A stretch of 41,641 bases of DNA from Diploschistes diacapsis. Taxonomy: Eukaryota. This document shows positions 35,051 through 41,641 of this stretch, one piece after another. The position numbers and the translations under genes were made by a program. The notes under the pieces were generated by a model. It did not search any database. It was not told the DNA's origin and saw nothing but the letters and a program-made list of their open reading frames with translations. The number at the start of each line of letters is the position of its first letter. Within the stretch, counting starts at the first letter, position 1. Where the stretch lies: assembly GCA_023645945.1 (NCBI GenBank), contig JALAIB010000046.1:1-41641 (forward strand), in the 5' to 3' direction.

Positions 35051-37263
35051 AGTTCCCGCTTCTCATTCAGCCAGGCCAGCTGTTGCCTCAACAGAAAAGG
35101 ATACCGCCCAGGGCTATAGCTTTTTGTGTTCCCAAGGTTACCTGCGTCGCTTGATCTCCCTACTTAGATTCTGGATTTGAGGGGTTGTGATGTGAGTTCC
35201 TAGGTCCATTCATGTTCTCGTCTGAGGAGAGAATATGCAGCTGATCCAATCAAGTTGGGTCAGTTGCTAGTTTCGACCAAATCATACTGTCTTACCAACA
35301 TGAAGACAACCGGTTTTCACCCGCGAGAAGAGAAATACAAACAGGTTTCCCTGAAGCATTCTCCTTATCTTGAGGTGAAGTAACATAGAACTAGAGAAGG
35401 CTCTAAGCCTCTCATTATAGCGAGCTGCGTCCGACAGTCCTTATTCACAGGGATGTAGGCTAAGCAAGCAGCGATGTGCCTATAATATAATTTCCCCAGC
35501 ACTTCCTTTGGCGTCTCGATTATGTCTCTCAGATGTAAGCGGATATTCTATTAGCGGTCCCTGCCTGGTGATTCAAGATGCATCGTTGTATCCGTTGTTG
35601 TTGTGACAAGCTAATAGCTCGCATGCTTCTCGCCAGCTAGTAACATCATAATATACTTACATAGGGCTCAAGCGGTCCTTGGGTAGAAATGTGACTGGTG
35701 TTCTGAAAGATAGTCGGACAATATCCATCAGCCACCTGTATGTTCCTATAATATTTACCAATAGCAGCTAGGCCCAGGAATTCACATAGGCCAACACGAA
35801 GTACGTGTACAGAGAGATAATCAAAGCATTCGTACTTGGGTCTACCGTAACTGGAACTTTAATATGCCTGTCTGGAAGGACCAGATCCGGTTATTTCTCC
35901 AGAGCAAGCAGCTGAGGTTCAATGTCAAACTCTGGAAGGGACGGACTGTGTGGATGATAGAATAATGGAAAACGGCTGAGAAGTTAGGTCGATATATATA
36001 GTTGAAAAGACGTATTGAATTCGAAACGTGGTGAATCGTAGTTATGTCATGCTAAGCGAGTACCTCACGCACGATAATTGACAGATACATGAATTTGTTT
36101 GCTCTAGCTGGGCTGCCACCGTTTGTATAACCTACCTGTATCGATCTTTGACATTCAATACACTCTCTTGTTTGCCTTGCTGTGCTGTCACCTGTACGTG
36201 GTGCGTGTACGACGACGCTTGCCAATCTCGCAGCAGCATTGGCGTGTATTCTCATAGTGTCGATAACGGTCATGGAGGTTGTTGGAAGTGGACCAAAGCA
36301 ATTACCAGGCTATCGTCAAGAGCAGAGTCTTGGAAGCAAAGCCCAGGTGGGCGGCACACATCACGATGCAAGCAGAACGTGAAGGACAGCAGAAGGGGCT
36401 ATAGTCTACACTGCTTACGATCAATACGCAGTGCAAGATCAAAAAGAACACAAATCGTTTTATACTGCTTCAACCTTTGGTCCTAACAATCTAACACGGC
36501 CTGGACGTGACTGTGAATGATGAGATACCTTAATGCCGCTGGCAAAGATCCGACCGCTTTCGCCATAGCCTTGTCATACTTGTGCACAGAGCCTTGTGAA
36601 CTTCTAGCATGACTGACTATGTGCAACAACTCAACCCGATATTAATATTTGGAAGTTTGCTCGAGGAAGGAATAACTTTTTAACTGATTGCTTTCTGGTG
36701 TTCCCGAGATCACGACTGACTCCTCACAGAGCTACAAGTCACAGTATTAGTTAATCCTACCTGCAGTTAGCCAACAGCACAGCCAATCACACAGTCCACA
36801 ACACACCAACGGAAGAAAAGAGCAAGGACATGGGCAGGACAAGTTGACACGATGAAGAAAGCAAACAAAATGATCTCAACCGAACAACTCGCGCCGGTTG
36901 AATCCGATGACGCTGTGATTTTACACCACCATACGATTGTTGTTGGCAGGAACGGCGACAGCCACCGACGCTGCACTTTCCTTCTCTTGCGATACTGTAT
37001 CTTAGCTTTCTGATTAGAGCAACATATCATGAATGTTGAAGATGTTTGCTGCTGCAAATAGGTTGCCATGTCAAGTCAGAGTCCATTGTCGCTTACGGCT
37101 GGAAGCGAACTGAACTGCCGGCGCATGTAACGTGGATCAGGCAGAAGTTTATGAGCTTTCCTTCAAATATCAAACATCATGTGTTGCGCATTTGAATAAT
37201 CCACTTTCATTTAATGCCCTCTAATACTCATTGTTCTTGGCTACATTTAATTGACGTATCGTC

Positions 37264-40200
37264 ATGGCCACGACAACGCAAGACTCGATTCCCGTATCGG
37301 GTGGCGTACATGGTGTCCCTGGCGATGAAGTGGTGGCAGCCAAAGAGACGGTTCCAGCCGCGGCCGCGTTAATCATGGAGTCTGAACGACCCTCGACCGA
37401 GGACGGGGAGGATTATAGTAGCCAATCCGAGGATAAAGCTGGTCTTGGAAACTTCTGGGTATATCCAGCTCAACGTTCTGACACTGCAATTGTGGTTCTG
37501 ACTGCTGCAACCTAGAAAATCTTGTCTTACGGTACCCGCCTTGATCAGTTACTGATGGTTGCCGCTACCGTATGCGCTGCTGGCGCTGGAGTGGTAGGTT
37601 TGGGGAGGCCTCCGGCGCAGTGTGCTAGTTGACGTTTCCGCTAGACGTTGCCGCTCATGAACGTTGTCTTCGGTAACGGTTTCAGAGCAATCATTCTGTG
37701 CCCTTGCTAACCTATTCTAGGGAACCTCGTTGGCAGTTTCAATGGCTTCTTTATTCCTGGATCTGAAGTCTCCGAAGCGTCATTTCTGCAAGGGGTGAAC
37801 CAGAATGCGTAAGACATCATCTCGATGGTTACATGACAAGTTTCTATGTCATTGGCCGGTTGGGCTTTCTATCAACAGATACTGACACCAATGAAGGCTG
37901 TATATCGTCTACCTATTCATCGCCAAGTTTGCTCTTGCTTACGTCTCGATGGTGACAAACCAAGCGCTCTTCAAGATTACGATCGGGCTAATCGTCAAAG
38001 TTCTCCTTTCGTATGATAGGTATTCGTGTCTCGGCCGCGGTGAGACTAGCCTACCTTGATGCTCTTTTCTCGCAGCCGATCAGTGTCCTCGACAAGATGC
38101 CCAAGGGCAAGCCTACCGACCTCATTACCAATTCCGCAAACACGATTCAGCTAGGTGTATCGGATAAGCTGTCGCTCTTGGTTCAGTCTGTGGCGCTCGT
38201 CGTCGGAGCTTACGTTGTTGCCTTTAAATATTCGTGGCAGTTGACTCTCGTCTCGAGTTCGTGTATGCTGTTCATATTGCTGGTCTACGGATTTTTGGTG
38301 CCGGTTTTCATTAAATTGCAGCACAGCGTTGATCATGCGGATGAAAAGGCTTCCGCGGTCGCCAGCGATGTCTTCGGCTCGATTCGCACTGTGCTGTCCC
38401 TAGGCGCAGAAAACCAGTTGACACAGAAGTATGCTGGATGGGTCACAGAGTCCAGGAGGCGGGGCTTGAAGATGTCGCCGCTGGTGGCTTTTCATTTCTC
38501 TCCGGTCTTCTTCGCCATGTACTGCAACTTCGCCATCACCTTTTGGTTCGGTCTCAAGCTATATAGAGACGGAATCATAGATAGCGTCAGTACTGTGGTC
38601 ATTGCTTTCTTTTCTGTGATGTTGGTCGTCACGGCTCTTGGAAATATTGCAAGTCCGGTAATCGGCATCTCGAAAGCGTCGAGTGCGTCGGCAGGTTTCT
38701 TTGCCGTCATCGACTCGCCGAGGCTACCCAAGGGCGGTTTGCGGGATCCGGAGGTCTCCTCTAATGATAACATACGGTTTGACAAAGTTACTTTCGCCTA
38801 CCCCAGCCGCCCCAAAGTTGCTGTCCTGAAAGGTTTAAGTCTCGAGTTCGAAGCCGGTAAGACGACTGCCATCGTTGGCCCTTCAGGCTGTGGCAAGAGT
38901 ACCATTGTTGCCTTGCTGGAACGCTGGTACCGATTATCCGAAGCAAATGTGCTTCCACCCGCGCCGAAACCAACGAAACTGAAAAAAGGTGACAAGGCTG
39001 AGATAAAGACCCTTGAAGCGAAAGAAGATCTGAGCGATGGGCCAGTGATCTCGAACGAAGGATCTGTAAGAATTGGAAAGACAGAGCTTGAGGAGACGGA
39101 ATCAAAGTGGTGGAGGTCCCAGATTGGCCTCGTTCAACAAGAGCCGTTCCTGTTCAACGACACCCTGTATCGTAATGTCGCGTTTGGGCTTATCGGCTCA
39201 GAGTGGGAAGACGCAGAAGAGAAGACCAAGCGCTTGTTGGTCGAGGAAGCCTGCAAGGAGGCATTTGCGGATGAGTTCATACAACGGCTTCCTCAGGTAA
39301 GTCGTCTTTTGTTGCAAAAGATCAGCTATGTTAACTTCGGTAGAGGTACGAAACCAAAGTTGGGGAGAATGGCATCAAATTAAGTGGGGGTCAACGCCAG
39401 CGAATCGCCATTGCAAGAAGCATAGTCAAGAAGCCTCGAATCTTGATCCTTGACGAAGCTACCAGTTCCATTGATGTACGGGGCGAACGCATAGTGCAAG
39501 CGGCCCTGGACCGTGTTTCCCAGGGGCGGACAACAATCATGATCGCCCACAGGCTGTCTACCATCAAGAAGGCAGATCGCATTGTGGTTCTGAAAGATGG
39601 TGCAATGATAGAACACGGTACCCACCAGAGTCTTCTTGTGGACCGCAATAGCGTGTACTATAACCTTGTCAACGCTCAGCATCTGGATATTGCTACTGGA
39701 GATGACGACCAAGCTGCGGAGAAGGGCATGCCTGAAGAGACTGGGTTTGCTCCGGAAGATCTGCAGATTGATACAGCTTCAGAAGACTTCGAGGAGACGG
39801 ATGCCCCAGTTTACAAGCCAAAAGGCTTGATAGCATCTGTCGGCTTCTTCTTGTATGAACAGCGTCGCCATTACCTACTGTACCTCGTAATCTTTTTCGG
39901 TGCCATGGTTGCAGGCGGTAGGTTCTCTTGTATAATCATCTCACGTCTAGCTGACAACAATAGCTGCTTTCCCTCTGCAAAGTTACGTCTTCGCGAAGAT
40001 CATTGTTGTGTTCCAAGATACAGGGCAGGAGCTTATAGATGCCGGAAATTTCTGGGCGTTGATGTTTTTTGTCATCGCTCTTTGCGTCGCAGTTGCTTAT
40101 ACTTTTATTGGGTTTGGCCTGAACCACATGGCGACCGTAAGTGAGTTCTTGCTCTCGATGATCGCCTTTGACAAGTCATTAGTATGTCTCGACGACATAT

Positions 40201-41641
40201 CGACAAGAATACTATGAGAATATGCTTCAGAAGCCAGTCGCGTTCTACGACCATGAAGATAATTCCTCAGGCTCGTTGACGTCTCGCTTATCTATCGACT
40301 CGAAGCAGCTACAAGATCTCCTGGGACCAAATCTCGCGTTTCCACTAATAGCGATATTCAACGTTGTTGGAAGCATTGCGATATCATTTGCCTTTGGCTG
40401 GAAACTCACTCTAGTCATAGCGTGTTCGGCAACGCCAATCATCATCGCGGCACATTTTGTCCGGTTGAGATTCGAGATTCAGTTCGTCAAACTTAATAAC
40501 AAGGTCTTTGCCGAGAGTTCTCAGTTTGCAGCCGAGACTATCAAGGCATTTCGTACCGTTACCTCGCTTACATTGGAGGACACCATACTCAGCCGGTACA
40601 GGGAACTGCTTGACGAACACGTTTCGAAGGCTTTCATGACAGCATGGAAGGCAGCTTTCGTCTTTGCTTTAGCCGACAGCATAGAGCTGCCCTGCATGGC
40701 TCTCGCATTCTGGTACGGCGGCCAATTGATGGGCTCACGAGAATATGGAGCCGTGCAGTTTCTTATCATTTATTCGGCCATCGTCCAAGGCGGTCAAGCC
40801 GCGGGTCAATTCTTTGGCATAGCACCCAACATGGCCCAGGCGACCGCCGCAGCGAACCGAATTCTCAGTCTACGGCCTCCAGTATCCGACACGAAAGACT
40901 CCGATTCTAGACATGAAAGTGGTTCTGCGTCCCCTTCATCCGAAAAATCCGCCGCCACAATCGACTTCGACTCAATCTCCTTCAGATACCCTACGCGTCC
41001 TACGCCGGTGCTCACCTCCCTCTCGCTCACCATTCCAGCAGGCTCCTTCACCGCCTTCGTCGGCCCCTCCGGCTGCGGTAAGACAACCGTAATCTCCCTC
41101 CTCGAGCGCTTCTACACCCCTCAAGCCGGAAACATCCTCTTCAACCACACCCTCCTCTCCTCCGTTCCCGAGCGAAAATACAGGAAAAATCTCTCCCTCG
41201 TCTCACAGGAACCGCACCTCTTCGAGGGCACCGTCAGAAGCAACCTCCTCCTCGGACTCGACCCAAAGGGCATCTCGGACGCGGACATCGAGTCCGCCTG
41301 CGCCGCCGCCGAAATCCACGCCTTCATCACCTCGCTGCCGGACTCCTACGCCACGCCTCTCAGCGGCGGCGGCGGCTCGAACCTGAGCGGCGGGCAGAAG
41401 CAGCGGCTGTGTATCGCGCGCGCGCTGCTGCGCAAGCCGAAACTCTTGTTGCTAGACGAGGCGACGAGTAGCCTGGACAGCCAGAGCGAGGGGCTGGTGC
41501 AGGGCGCGATCGAGAGGCTGGCGGCGGGGAGGGAGATGACGATCGTGGTGGTGGCGCATCGGCTGGCGACGGTGCAGAAGGCGGACGAGATTGTGGTTAT
41601 GGGGGAAGGGGGACGCGTGCTGGAGAGGGGGAGCCATGGGG
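37264..41641 (+). CDS. Full-size ABCB (MDR/P-glycoprotein-type) transporter, TMD-NBD-TMD-NBD; 3' end beyond the window
   Basis: Short 5' exons splice in frame (KILSYG...AGAGV / [10 protein letters not shown] / NLVGSF / [11 protein letters not shown]). NBD1 has [17 protein letters not shown] and ILDEATS. NBD2 has [16 protein letters not shown] and LLDEATS. No disablement seen. Confidence 0.95.

Noticed and set aside
25650..35400. Complete LTR retrotransposon or Starship captain gene
   Set aside because: No RT (YxDD), RNase H, integrase or DUF3435 motifs and no LTR pair could be seen. Only a short gag-like fragment is supportable.
35400..37260. Short ORFs upstream of the ABC transporter
   Set aside because: No motifs or convincing coding signal. 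Most likely intergenic or promoter sequence.

Overview
This is a filamentous-ascomycete (Pezizomycotina-type) genomic window, judged from spliceosomal introns with CTAAC/CTAAT-type branch points, an intron-containing tRNA and RIP-like C>T decay. Five genes look intact: a PBR1/YNL181W-like short-chain dehydrogenase, a fungal luciferase-family (Luz-like) gene, the mitochondrial CoA carrier LEU5, a tRNA-Ile(UAU), and an ABCB/MDR transporter that runs off the right edge. They sit among many decayed genes. Left half: a RIP-mutated tandem repeat; a PTH11-like receptor gene broken by a reconstructable ~850-bp internal inversion; a frameshifted P450; an A-T-TE NRPS-like pseudogene bracketed by a duplicated 5' end of the SDR gene; and divergent tyrosinase and O-methyltransferase pseudogenes. 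Right half, ~17 kb upstream of the tRNA: a convergent pair made of a HeLo-like pseudokinase (MLKL-like architecture) and an NLR with the unusual order N-terminal helical domain-NACHT-ANK-protein kinase-ANK, both decayed. They are followed by ~9 kb of unidentified decayed minus-strand coding sequence and a probable retrotransposon gag fragment. The best candidate for an undescribed system is the NLR-kinase / HeLo-pseudokinase pair. All family assignments come from manual motif recognition, not database searches.
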